64,000 nucleotides of DNA from Desulfobulbaceae bacterium DB1. GTDB lineage: Bacteria; Desulfobacterota; Desulfobulbia; Desulfobulbales; SURF-16. This document shows positions 1 to 9,176 of the stretch, one piece after another (within the stretch, counting starts at the first letter, position 1; each line of letters opens with the position of its first letter). The position numbers and the translations under genes were made by a program. The stretch spans positions 203,234-267,233 of the forward strand of contig MQUF01000006.1 of NCBI GenBank assembly GCA_001914235.1. Reading direction: 5' to 3'. The notes under the pieces were generated by a model that had not been told where the DNA came from, ran no database searches, and saw nothing but the letters and a program-made list of their open reading frames with translations.

Positions 1-894
1 TGTGATTGGAACATGGCCGAACTTCCGGCTGGTCTCCTCGATCCGCTTGGCATCGTAGGCTGCATCCATCAAATCGTAGAGATAGGTCACCTTTCCGCTG
101 GTCAACTTGATCAGCGGAATCGCTACCTGGCTGTCATGCAGCGAAGCAGAGGTTACAAGGGCACTGATTGGCAGGCCGATATCGTTGATGTCCAGATGCA
201 GCTTGAAACCGTTCCATGATATTTTGTACCCCTTGGCGTCCTTCTTGGTGCCACGATCACAGGCAACCGGCAACTCACCAATGGCTTCCTCGGCACTCTG
301 GCGGACCTGACGGTCAAGCCGCTTCTCGATGGCCGGCGTCCGTTGCTCGCCTTTGGCGGGACGCCCCCTCTTGCGAGGCTTCTTCGGCTCCCTGGCCACC
401 TTCTTCGCCGCTTTCTCACGTCCGGCAATGGCCGTGGAGTCCCGGCTGATGTGTCCGACAAGCTCTTCGCCAAGGTATTCCTTCACCAGTGCATCATGGA
501 CCCGCCCACCAAGACTGCCGGCGGCAAATTCGGCAAAGGCCCGCGACAAGGTAGGCTCCGACGGGATAGCATTGGAAGTGGCAAATCCGCATATCTGCCG
601 CAGATTCCCTGCTGATTGCAGAGCCCGACGCAGGTCGCTGGTCGTCGGATATCGGTAGAGCGCCTTTGCCACGAATGCTCGGGCGCAAGCCTGTCGGTCA
701 AGAGGCTTGCGCCCGGGATACTGATATCGACGTATGTTCCTTGGTACGTGTTGCTCAACCTGGATAATCTCCAGAATAGACACCAGGCGTTCCTCCTGCG
801 CGGTGAGCGGAGCTTGCAAACATTTGTTCAGATGGGGAAACAGACTTCTTTGGACATACCCCATCAACCATGATATTTTGTCGGTGAGCTTCAC
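1..894 (-). CDS. DDE transposase, 3' end cut off by window edge (IS5/IS1182-like)
   Basis: Manual minus-strand reading from GTG at 894 is open to the window edge: VKLTDKISWLMGYVQRSLFPHLNKCLQAPLTAQEERLVSILEIIQ...YPTTSDLRRAL...PSEPTLSRAFAEF...RDSTAIAGREKAAKK...ISWNGFKLHLDI. This is a transposase-like pattern and is not reported in this frame by the ORF track. Confidence 0.75.
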   Translation of the reverse strand, partial: MKLTDKISWLMGYVQRSLFPHLNKCLQAPLTAQEERLVSILEIIQVEQHVPRNIRRYQYPGRKPLDRQACARAFVAKALYRYPTTSDLRRALQSAGNLRQICGFATSNAIPSEPTLSRAFAEFAAGSLGGRVHDALVKEYLGEELVGHISRDSTAIAGREKAAKKVAREPKKPRKRGRPAKGEQRTPAIEKRLDRQVRQSAEEAIGELPVACDRGTKKDAKGYKISWNGFKLHLDINDIGLPISALVTSASLHDSQVAIPLIKLTSGKVTYLYDLMDAAYDAKRIEETSRKFGHVPIT

Positions 895-1091
895 GGCGTT
901 CTCCTGTGTTCTGTTTTGCTGGTTACAAAACAATACCAGAAAACGCCGTGAAGTTCAATTATTTCAATATGTTACGCGATAATATCTTTTGTGTGGCGCG
1001 TCTCGTCATTTTGAAAGAGGCTCATAAAGGAAATATGTCTTCACAATGAAAAGCCGAGTTGTAATAAAGTACCTGACGCAAGGAGGGAAAT

Positions 1092-1571
1092 ATGAGTAAA
1101 TCGCTTGTTGAGATGGCTGCGGACATTGTCAAGTCACAATGTGCCTGCACAAGTATGACGTCGGATGAGATCGGGCTGTCATTGCAGAACACCTTTACTT
1201 TGCTGCAATCCCTGCAGCAAACTGAATTGTCTGCTGATGCGGGTCAAGCAGAAGCGACCGGGGAGGAAAGCGTCCCTGTCGCGATTACGCCGGAAAAATC
1301 AATCCAGAAGAATAAAATAATCTGCCTTGAGTGCGGCCGGTCCTTCAAGCAGTTGTCGCCGAAACATCTTGCCGGGCATGGACTGACCGGCCGAGATTAT
1401 CGAAAGAAATACGGGTTTTCCCTCCGTCAGCCTCTTTGTGCAAAGGCGCTGTCGGAACGCCGTAAAAAGGCCGGCAAGGAGCGCGGTGTTCCGGAGAATC
1501 TTTTAAAGGCCATCGCCGAGCGGAAAAAGAAGGGCGGCGCGAAACAGAAATCGGCGAAGAAGACGAAGTAA
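1092..1571 (+). CDS. MucR/Ros-family transcriptional regulator
   Basis: Protein contains IICLECGRSFKQLSPKHLAGHGLTGRDYRKKYGF, the typical MucR zinc-finger-like core, with a basic C-terminus. Confidence 0.85.
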   Translation: MSKSLVEMAADIVKSQCACTSMTSDEIGLSLQNTFTLLQSLQQTELSADAGQAEATGEESVPVAITPEKSIQKNKIICLECGRSFKQLSPKHLAGHGLTGRDYRKKYGFSLRQPLCAKALSERRKKAGKERGVPENLLKAIAERKKKGGAKQKSAKKTK

Positions 1572-1611
1572 AAAACGATTTTATTTTACTTCTTTCAATC
1601 CGTCTTGTAAT

Positions 1612-1650
1612 AAAAAGCACGCAGGGAATGGATCTTTGCGTGCTTTTTTT
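1612..1650 (+). terminator. Rho-independent terminator after MucR-like gene
   Basis: aaaagcacgca...tgcgtgctttt stem followed by a T run. Confidence 0.8.
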
Positions 1651-1661
1651 ATGTTGATTTA

Positions 1662-2474
1662 TTGTGTCAGGCGTCGGAAGTGATAGGTATCTTTGATTCA
1701 GGTGTCGGCGGAATGACGGTGGCCAAAGCCATTGAACAACTGCTGCCCCAAAAAAATATAGTCTATTTCGGGGATCTTGCCAGGACTCCCTATGGTTCGA
1801 AAAGTCCGGAAACCATCCGGAAATATTCACGCCAGAATACCGAGTTGCTGCTCGATAAAGGGGCAAAAATCATTGTCATCGCCTGTAATTCCGCGGCAAG
1901 TGTGGCCTCGGACCTGCTGGCCGGCGAGTTCAGCGCCCCGGTTTTTGAGGTTATCACTCCGGCCATCCATCGGGCCATCAATCTGTCGAAAAACGGACGG
2001 ATAGGGGTGATAGGCACCAGGGCAACGATTAAAAGCAACATCTATGAGTCGAAAATCCGGCAAATCCGGCCGGATGCGGCGGTGCTCTCCCAGCCCTGTC
2101 CCCTGCTGGTTCCCTTGGTGGAAGAAGGGTGGCTGGACAAGCGGGAAACCAAGATGATCATCCGTCGTTATCTGCATCCGTTGAAGCATAAAGGTGTTGA
2201 TACCCTGGTGCTGGGATGTACCCATTACCCGCTGCTCAAGCATCTTATCGGGCCGCGGATCGGCAACGGGGTCAATGTGATTGATTCTTCCACTGCTGTC
2301 GCCTGGGTGGTAAAGCAGTATCTTGTTGATCACCCCGAGATGGACAGTCAGTTGACCAACGGCGGAGAGCGCTTTTATTATGTTTCGGATGTCACCGATG
2401 CGGCTCAGAAGACCGCCCAGCGGATTTTCGGCAGAAAAGTAGAACTTATTCAGGTTGATATGGAAGGAAGTTGA
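1662..2474 (+). CDS. murI: glutamate racemase
   Basis: IGIFDSGVGGMTVAKAIEQLLPQKNIVYFGDLARTPYGSKS, VIACNSAASVA, LVLGCTHYPLL motifs. Confidence 0.95.
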   Translation: MCQASEVIGIFDSGVGGMTVAKAIEQLLPQKNIVYFGDLARTPYGSKSPETIRKYSRQNTELLLDKGAKIIVIACNSAASVASDLLAGEFSAPVFEVITPAIHRAINLSKNGRIGVIGTRATIKSNIYESKIRQIRPDAAVLSQPCPLLVPLVEEGWLDKRETKMIIRRYLHPLKHKGVDTLVLGCTHYPLLKHLIGPRIGNGVNVIDSSTAVAWVVKQYLVDHPEMDSQLTNGGERFYYVSDVTDAAQKTAQRIFGRKVELIQVDMEGS

Positions 2475-2475
2475 A

Positions 2476-3135
2476 ATGAAAAAAATGTTACTTTTGCTGC
2501 AGATGCTCCTTATTCTCTTTTTTTCCGTTGTCGGTCACTGCGATGACTTGACCCCGACTGCCGTTGCCACGAAGATTCAGGAAAAATACGAGAGGACAAA
2601 TGCTTTTAAAGCCGATTTTTTGCAAACATCAAATATAAGCGGCATGCAGCATCGCGAGCGGCAGGGCAGCGGCACAATGGCGATCCAGAAACCGGCTTTG
2701 CTTCGTTGGGATTATTCATCTCCGGACATCCAGGTGCTGGTAAGCGATGGAGAGAATTTCTCCCTTTATTTCGCCTCGGAAAAACAGATGATTGTCACCC
2801 CTGCCAAAGAGTATTTGCAGGAGGATGTGACCTATAGCTTCTTTTCCGGGACCGGCAACCTGCTGCGGGATTTTGACGTGACGGACGCACCCGGTTTTCT
2901 CGACCAGGAAGGCAGCCACGTGATCGCCCTCAAGCCGAAAAATCCGCATCCCCAGGTGGAGATCATGTATGTCTGGGTGGATAAGGACACTTTTCTCATC
3001 AACCATCTGCAGATTCAGGATCATCTGGGCAGTTTGACCGATCTTGTTTTTTTCAATCCGGTGGTTGATAAACCGTTTCCGGTCGAACATTTCCATTTTA
3101 CCCCCCCTGAAGGAACGGAAATAATCAGGCAATAG
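2476..3135 (+). CDS. lolA: outer-membrane lipoprotein carrier protein LolA
   Basis: Signal peptide, then LTPTAVATKIQEKYERTNAFKADFLQTS...GTMAIQKPALLRWDYSSPDIQVLVSDGENFSLYFASEKQ. ORF track gives 2455, with ATG at 2476 more likely. Confidence 0.85.
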   Translation: MKKMLLLLQMLLILFFSVVGHCDDLTPTAVATKIQEKYERTNAFKADFLQTSNISGMQHRERQGSGTMAIQKPALLRWDYSSPDIQVLVSDGENFSLYFASEKQMIVTPAKEYLQEDVTYSFFSGTGNLLRDFDVTDAPGFLDQEGSHVIALKPKNPHPQVEIMYVWVDKDTFLINHLQIQDHLGSLTDLVFFNPVVDKPFPVEHFHFTPPEGTEIIRQ

Positions 3136-3226
3136 CCTTTTTGTTTTTTTTCAATGACCGGTTTATGGTTTGCGGAGGATGGTTTGCTGTTGACCTGAAA
3201 CCGGAACCGGAACTCAAAGCAGTCGA

Positions 3227-5035
3227 ATGACACCATCATCTCCTTTCCATGTGGCGCTTGTCTCCATGCCGTGGGCCATTTTTAACCGGCCTTCCATCCA
3301 GCTCGGTACCCTGAAAAGTTATCTGGAGGGAAAAGCGGACGGTATCAAGGTGCGTTCGCTGCATCCGTATCTTGCAGTGGCAAAAGATCTCGGCAAGGAT
3401 CTTTATCACGCGATTTCCGCCAATGTCTGGGTCTGCGAGGCGCTTTACGCGGCACTTCTCTTTCCGGAACAGCGCGGTCGGGCCAAGGAGCTGGCGGAAA
3501 AAGAGTTTCAGTCCGACAACCGGACGCTTCCTTTTGATTTTGATGCTGTCTGTGCGCAACTGGACAAAAACCTGAAAATGTGGGCGGCAGGCGTTGACTG
3601 GCGGGACATTGATCTGGTCGGTTTTTCCGTTTGTTTCAATCAGCTCTTTGCCACTCTTGTTGCGGTTCGGGAATTGAAAGAAAGACGTCCCGGCCTGGTG
3701 ATCGTGCTTGGCGGCTCTTCCTGTCATGATGATGTTGCAGGCGCCCTTTTCCGCTCTTTTGATGTTGATTACATGATCAGCGGCGAAGGGGAGGAACCGT
3801 TTCTTTCGCTGTGCCGATATCTGGCCGGGCTGGACAAAAGGCTGCACGCGCGGGTGCATCATGCCGGTCCTCCTGCCCAACCTTCACCGGCGCCGGCGGA
3901 CGGGCAGGTCAATTTGACCGAACTTGCTGTTCCTGATTATGATGACTATTTTCGGGAAATGGAAAATTTGTTCAGCCGCAATACCTTCATCCCTGTTCTG
4001 CCGATTGAATTTTCCCGTGGATGCTGGTGGCGGCGATGTACTTTCTGCAATCTGAATCTGCAGTGGCGCGGCTATCGTTTCAAAAAGGCGGAAAAGATGG
4101 CACGCGAGGTGCTGTTGCTGGCCAACCGCTATAAAACCCTGGACTTTACCTTCACGGATAACGCGCTGCCGCTCAAGGATGCAGCCACCTTTTTTACGAC
4201 GATGGCGCGGTCCGCCCATGACTACCGTTTCTTTGCGGAAATTCGGGCGGATTATCGAGGGACGATGCTCGCCCAAAGCCGACAAGGCGGCCTTGCTGCC
4301 GTCCAGGTGGGGATTGAATCCTTCAGCAACTCGTTGCTGCAGAAATTTGCCAAAGGGGTCACGGTGATCGAAAATCTGGCGATCATGCGTGATGCGGCGG
4401 CCGGCGGCGTCGTGCTTGACGGCAATCTGATCGTTGAATTTCCGGGAAGCACCTCGGCCGAGGTCGAGGAGACACTGACGGTCCTTGATTTTGCTTTTCC
4501 TTTTCACCCCCTCTCCACCGCCTCTTTTTTCCTCGGCCACGGCAGTCCCGTGGATTGCCGGGCCAGGGATTACGGAATTTCGGCAAAAACGGTGCATCCC
4601 CATTTTGCGGCCATGCTGCCCGCGGAGATTGCCGCGGATTTCCCTTTTCTCATCAAGGGATACCGGGGGGATCGACAAAAACAGCGCAGGATGTGGCAGC
4701 CGGTGGTGGACAAGGTTCGCCGGTGGCGCGCCTTTCATGAAAAAAAAACAGGCGGCGGGAACCCTTTTCTTTCATATCGCGATGGTGGTGATTTTCTCAT
4801 TATCCGTCAGGTGCTGCCGGCAGGAGATGTTCTGCATCATCGGCTGCAAGGCCTGTCCCGCGAAATATATCGCGCCTGTAATGATATTATCGACCCGGCC
4901 TCCCTTGCCCGGATGTTTCCGTCATTGAGCGTGAAACAGATTGAGAACTTTTTAAATGACCTTGTCGCCAAGCGGCTCGTCTTCCGTGAAGGTGACAGAT
5001 TTCTCGCCCTGGCGGTCAGGGATGGGAAAAATTGA
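3227..5035 (+). CDS. B12-binding-domain radical SAM protein, resembling the RiPP-maturation radical SAM C-methyltransferase family
   Basis: N-terminal VALVSMPWAIFNRPSIQLGTLKSYLE, VVLGGSSC, MISGEGEEPFLSL, then FSRGCWWRRCTFCNLNLQWRGYR (Fe-S cysteine motif), TFTDNALPL, VGIESFSNSLLQKFAKG. Confidence 0.8.
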   Translation: MTPSSPFHVALVSMPWAIFNRPSIQLGTLKSYLEGKADGIKVRSLHPYLAVAKDLGKDLYHAISANVWVCEALYAALLFPEQRGRAKELAEKEFQSDNRTLPFDFDAVCAQLDKNLKMWAAGVDWRDIDLVGFSVCFNQLFATLVAVRELKERRPGLVIVLGGSSCHDDVAGALFRSFDVDYMISGEGEEPFLSLCRYLAGLDKRLHARVHHAGPPAQPSPAPADGQVNLTELAVPDYDDYFREMENLFSRNTFIPVLPIEFSRGCWWRRCTFCNLNLQWRGYRFKKAEKMAREVLLLANRYKTLDFTFTDNALPLKDAATFFTTMARSAHDYRFFAEIRADYRGTMLAQSRQGGLAAVQVGIESFSNSLLQKFAKGVTVIENLAIMRDAAAGGVVLDGNLIVEFPGSTSAEVEETLTVLDFAFPFHPLSTASFFLGHGSPVDCRARDYGISAKTVHPHFAAMLPAEIAADFPFLIKGYRGDRQKQRRMWQPVVDKVRRWRAFHEKKTGGGNPFLSYRDGGDFLIIRQVLPAGDVLHHRLQGLSREIYRACNDIIDPASLARMFPSLSVKQIENFLNDLVAKRLVFREGDRFLALAVRDGKN

Positions 5036-5059
5036 TGTTGCGTCCCAGACAAATGGCTG

Positions 5060-5614
5060 TTGCCTGATTGGATAAAGAATATGGATACCTTTGATAAACA
5101 GACGATGCTTGTTGTCGGCGGCTGCCGCAGCGGCAAGAGCCGCTTTGCGGAACAATGGGCCACCGAGCGTTTCGCCAGAAAAATCTATGTGGCCACCATG
5201 GTTATCGGCGATGACAAGGAAATGGCGAAACGGGTGCGGATACATCGTCGGGACCGTGGGGAAAACTGGCGGACCATCGAGGAATCGAGTAATCTGCCGT
5301 CCGTGTTGCGTGACCTTTGCCGTGAAACGGATGTATTCCTCATCGATTGTCTCACCCTGTGGCTGACCAATCTTCTGTTGGATGAGAACACCGATGAGGC
5401 CATTTCCGGCAAGGTGAAGGAGCTGATCCAGGCCCTGGAGGAGTGCCCGATATCGGTGGTGCTGGTCGCCAATGAGGTGGGGATGGGAATTGTGCCTGAA
5501 TCGTCCCTTGCCCGGCGTTTCCGGGATCTTGCCGGCTGGTGCAACCAGCAGATCGGCGCCCGCTGTGACAAGGTTGTTTTCATGGCGGCCGGATTGCCGC
5601 TTACTTTGAAATAA
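5060..5614 (+). CDS. cobU: adenosylcobinamide kinase / adenosylcobinamide-phosphate guanylyltransferase
   Basis: LVVGGCRSGKSRFAEQWA P-loop, YVATM, FLIDCLTLWLTNLL, VANEVGMGIVPESSLARRFRDLAG. Confidence 0.95.
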   Translation: MPDWIKNMDTFDKQTMLVVGGCRSGKSRFAEQWATERFARKIYVATMVIGDDKEMAKRVRIHRRDRGENWRTIEESSNLPSVLRDLCRETDVFLIDCLTLWLTNLLLDENTDEAISGKVKELIQALEECPISVVLVANEVGMGIVPESSLARRFRDLAGWCNQQIGARCDKVVFMAAGLPLTLK

Positions 5615-5624
5615 GGGAGGAACA

Positions 5625-6689
5625 ATGAGCAAGCATGGGGGCAATATAGTTGCCGTTGCCAAAGAGCTCGGTTGCCGGGTAGTCGACCTGATCGATATGA
5701 GCAGCAACCTGACACCCTTGGGTATGGCTCCCGGACTCAGACAGGTTCTTGAACAGGGGCTGTCGCAGATAGCCTATCTGCCCGAAACGGAAAGTGAAAC
5801 CCTGCGCAATATTTTTGCCGCAAGATTCGGCCTGGCTGAAAACGAGGTTCTGGTCGGCAACGGAACCACCGAGTTTATCTTTGCCTTGCCGTGGGCCTTT
5901 ACGGGCCGGCGGGCGGTGATCGTCAATCCGACCTATTCCGATTATCAGCTGGCCTGTTCATGGGCCGGTGTCGAGGTGGTCGATTTCATGCTCGACCGTG
6001 ACCGGGATTTTCAGCTTGATCTGCACCGGCTTTCGTCGCAACTCCGAGGCGGGGAGCTGGTCTTTCTCTGCAACCCCAACAATCCCACCGGCGTACTGAC
6101 ACCAAACCGTGAGCTGCATGATTTTATCGTCAACCATCCGCAAACGTTTTTTCTGGTGGATGAATCCTATCTGCCGTTTACCCGGGATATATCGCAGCTC
6201 ACCCTTGAGCTGCCCGGCAATCTTTTTGTTCTCTTTTCTTCTTCCAAGATATATGGTATTCCAGGGCTCCGGCTCGGTTTTCTGGTTTCCCGCGCCGCCA
6301 ACCTGAAAAAACTCGGCGAGCGCCGCAAACCATGGGGGGTCAACCGGATCGCCCAGTTGGCGGGGGAGTTTCTCCTCACCCATGGTGAGGTTTATGCGGA
6401 GCAGGTACGCGCGTTTCTTGAAAAGGAGCGCCCCTGGTTTGTCGACCGATTGGCGAAAATTCCCGGAATCGAGGTTATTCCCGGCAACGCCAATTTCATC
6501 CTCATCCGACTGCACGGACAGATGACGGCACGGCAACTGCGGGATAAAATGCTGGTTCGAAGAATCATGATTCGTAACTGCGATAATTTCGAAGGGCTTG
6601 ACGATACGTTTTTCCGCATCTGCCTGAAGGAGCGCAAGGAAAACGAGGCATGCATCAGGGCCTTGTCCGACATAGTTGCCGAAAGGTAA
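5625..6689 (+). CDS. cobD: threonine-phosphate decarboxylase (PLP fold type I), CobD-like
   Basis: HGGNIVAVAKELG...DMSSNLTPLG, VGNGTTEFIFALP, NPNNPTGVL, SSKIYGIPGLRLGF. Confidence 0.9.
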   Translation: MSKHGGNIVAVAKELGCRVVDLIDMSSNLTPLGMAPGLRQVLEQGLSQIAYLPETESETLRNIFAARFGLAENEVLVGNGTTEFIFALPWAFTGRRAVIVNPTYSDYQLACSWAGVEVVDFMLDRDRDFQLDLHRLSSQLRGGELVFLCNPNNPTGVLTPNRELHDFIVNHPQTFFLVDESYLPFTRDISQLTLELPGNLFVLFSSSKIYGIPGLRLGFLVSRAANLKKLGERRKPWGVNRIAQLAGEFLLTHGEVYAEQVRAFLEKERPWFVDRLAKIPGIEVIPGNANFILIRLHGQMTARQLRDKMLVRRIMIRNCDNFEGLDDTFFRICLKERKENEACIRALSDIVAER

Positions 6690-6720
6690 AAAAAAGAATT
6701 ATTTTCAGTAAATAACAACA

Positions 6721-7236
6721 ATGAGAATAGCGATCATTTCGGATACACACGATCAGGTGGCCAACCTGCGGGCAGCGGTCACATATTGCAATGCCTATAA
6801 TGTCCAATTGCTCATCCACTGCGGGGATCTGATTTCGCCGTTCATGCTTGATGAGCTGGCCTGCTTTGCCGGTGCGGTGCATTTGATTTACGGCAATAAT
6901 GTCGGCGATCAGCATCTGATCTCCCAGTCCTGCGGCACCAGATTCCCCTCCATCAGTCATCACGGGGTGCTGGGAGCCGTTGAAGCGGGAGGGCTTAAAA
7001 TCGCCTTCCACCATTATCCCCAGGTTGCCCGCGGCCTTGCCCACCAGGGTCTTTTTGACGTGGTATGCTGCGGCCATAATCATCGTTACGGGGTGGAAGA
7101 AATAGGCACGACATTGCTGATAAATCCAGGGGATATGCTCGGCAAGGAAAATCAGCCGTGTTTTGTAATTTTTGAAAGCTCATCCCGCACCGTGGAAAAG
7201 GTGGAGGTGGGCACGAAAATGAAGTTCGGAAACTAA
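6721..7236 (+). CDS. YfcE/MJ0936-family metallophosphoesterase
   Basis: IAIISDTHDQVANLRAAV, LIHCGDLIS, VYGNN-like IYGNNVGD, HGV, CCGHNHRYG, LLINPGDM. Confidence 0.85.
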   Translation: MRIAIISDTHDQVANLRAAVTYCNAYNVQLLIHCGDLISPFMLDELACFAGAVHLIYGNNVGDQHLISQSCGTRFPSISHHGVLGAVEAGGLKIAFHHYPQVARGLAHQGLFDVVCCGHNHRYGVEEIGTTLLINPGDMLGKENQPCFVIFESSSRTVEKVEVGTKMKFGN

Positions 7237-7301
7237 TGTCACGCACCATTGGGAAAGAAGTTTTTTTATAAGCCGGAAAAAACATTGAACAGGACAAATG
7301 C

Positions 7302-8522
7302 ATGCAGAACCAGAAGAACGACAATGAGATGAGCTTTGCCGAGATGTTCCAGGATAACGAGACCGTTGTGGAACATCTTGTTCCCGGCCAGAAGGTGAAG
7401 GCGGAAATCGTTCGCATCAGCAAGGAATGGGTTTTTCTTGATCTCGGCGGCAAAAGCGAGGGATCGCTCGCCCTGGCGGAACTGCTTGGCACGGAAGGAG
7501 AGCCGACGGTCAAGGAAGGCGATTCCATTGAGGTTTATTTTCTTGGGGTGCAGCGCAATGAGAAAATTTTCACCACAAAAATAGGCGGTTCCGCGGCCAG
7601 TGCCCATCTGGAGGAGGCGTACCGCAGCGGTATCCCGGTTGAGGGAACCGTTCAGAAGGAAATCAAGGGGGGCTTTGAAGTGAAAATCGGGGCCATCCGC
7701 GCCTTCTGCCCCTTTTCTCAGATGGGGCTGCATAAAATAACAAATAATGAGGAATACATCGGCCGTCAGTTGCCTTTCCGCATTGTTGAATACAAGGAAA
7801 ACGGCAGGAATATCATCGTTTCCCACCGTAAAATCATGGAGGAGGAACGTCTCCGGCAGAAAGAAGCCCTGCGGGAAAGTCTTGAAGTCGGCCGGATCGT
7901 CGATGGAACCATCACCTCCATCCGTGATTTTGGCGCATTTGTCGATATCGGCGGTATTGAAGGACTTATTCCGGTTTCCGAGATGGCCTACGGCAGGGTT
8001 GAGGACGTTCATTCCGTGGTGGAAAAAGGTCAGAAGGTACAGGTTGCCGTCAAGAAACTTGACTGGGAAAACGACCGTTATTCTTTTTCCCTGCGGGAAA
8101 CCATGCCCGATCCCTGGGAAGCGGCCAATCTTCAGGAAGGCAGCACCATGACAGGCGTTGTCTCGCGTCTGGTGGATTTCGGCGCCTTTGTTACCCTGGC
8201 GCCCGGCATTGACGGCCTGGTTCATATTTCCAATCTCGGCGGCGGACGCCGGATTAATCATCCCCGTGAGGTGGTGCAGAAAGGACAAAGCCTGGAAGTG
8301 CGCATAGACTCCCTTGACCGGGAGCAGAAACGGGTTTCCCTTTCCCTGCCCCAGTCGCAGGAAGAAGAGCAGAAGGTTGAGGAAAGGAAAAAAGGACGAA
8401 AGTCTGAGCGCCGGGATGACATGCGTGATGAATTCCATCGTTTTCAAGAGACATCGAAAGACAAGAAAGGGTCCGCAATGGGGACTTTTGGGGATCTGTT
8501 GAAGGGAAAGCTTGATGAATAA
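7302..8522 (+). CDS. S1 RNA-binding domain protein, 30S ribosomal protein S1-like with about 4 S1 repeats
   Basis: Repeated S1 motifs, e.g. VDGTITSIRDFGAFVDIGGIEGLIPVSEMAYGR, MTGVVSRLVDFGAFVTLAPGIDGLVHISNL. Confidence 0.85.
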   Translation: MQNQKNDNEMSFAEMFQDNETVVEHLVPGQKVKAEIVRISKEWVFLDLGGKSEGSLALAELLGTEGEPTVKEGDSIEVYFLGVQRNEKIFTTKIGGSAASAHLEEAYRSGIPVEGTVQKEIKGGFEVKIGAIRAFCPFSQMGLHKITNNEEYIGRQLPFRIVEYKENGRNIIVSHRKIMEEERLRQKEALRESLEVGRIVDGTITSIRDFGAFVDIGGIEGLIPVSEMAYGRVEDVHSVVEKGQKVQVAVKKLDWENDRYSFSLRETMPDPWEAANLQEGSTMTGVVSRLVDFGAFVTLAPGIDGLVHISNLGGGRRINHPREVVQKGQSLEVRIDSLDREQKRVSLSLPQSQEEEQKVEERKKGRKSERRDDMRDEFHRFQETSKDKKGSAMGTFGDLLKGKLDE

Positions 8523-8576
8523 GTATGGTTCCAGTCCGGAAGCCGCCGAAGGCAGAGGGCAGATGAAAGTCAACCA

Positions 8577-9170
8577 ATGAAAGTCAAAAAAAAAATCCTC
8601 CTCGTTGATGACGAAGAACTTATTTTAAGCAGTCTTTGCATGGACCTTGAAGGCGCTGGGTACGATGTCACCATGGCGGCCAACGGGGAGGAGGGGATAG
8701 ATGCGCTCAGAAAAAATTACTTCAATCTGCTGATTACCGATCTGGCGATGGAGGGCATTGACGGACTTGAAGTTCTGAAGGCGGCCAAGGAAATTGACCC
8801 TGAAATCGCCGTCATCATCCTCACCGGTTACGGCGAGGTGTCATCGGCAATCGAGGCGTTACGGCTCGGAGCCTCTGATTATCTGCTGAAGCCCTGCGGC
8901 AGTGATGAACTGCAGGTGCGGATTGAAAAATGTCTTGAACTGCAGGACATGGCCAGGAAAATAAAGATTTATGAAAAAATTCTGCCGATCTGCGAGGATT
9001 GCAGGAAAGTCTGTAACGATTTGACGGGAACAGGCAAAAAGACGGAATGGATTGCCCTGGACCAGTTCATAAGCAAAAAAACGGGTCTCGGTATCAGTCA
9101 CGGATACTGTCCCGAATGTTTCATGGAGGCCATGAAAGAAATCGAGCTGGCCAGAAAAAAGAAGAAATAA
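8577..9170 (+). CDS. response regulator receiver protein with C-terminal CxxC/CxxC module
   Basis: ILLVDDEELILSSL, LLITDLAMEGIDGLEVL, VIILTGYG, LLKPCG; C-terminus LPICEDCRKV...SHGYCPECF. Confidence 0.9.
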   Translation: MKVKKKILLVDDEELILSSLCMDLEGAGYDVTMAANGEEGIDALRKNYFNLLITDLAMEGIDGLEVLKAAKEIDPEIAVIILTGYGEVSSAIEALRLGASDYLLKPCGSDELQVRIEKCLELQDMARKIKIYEKILPICEDCRKVCNDLTGTGKKTEWIALDQFISKKTGLGISHGYCPECFMEAMKEIELARKKKK

Positions 9171-9176
9171 TTTTGC

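Noticed and set aside
3884-4738. 284-aa minus-strand ORF
   Set aside because: Antisense to the radical SAM gene; no domain pattern.
7266-8573. 435-aa minus-strand ORF
   Set aside because: Fully antisense to the well-supported S1-domain gene and has no recognisable protein features.
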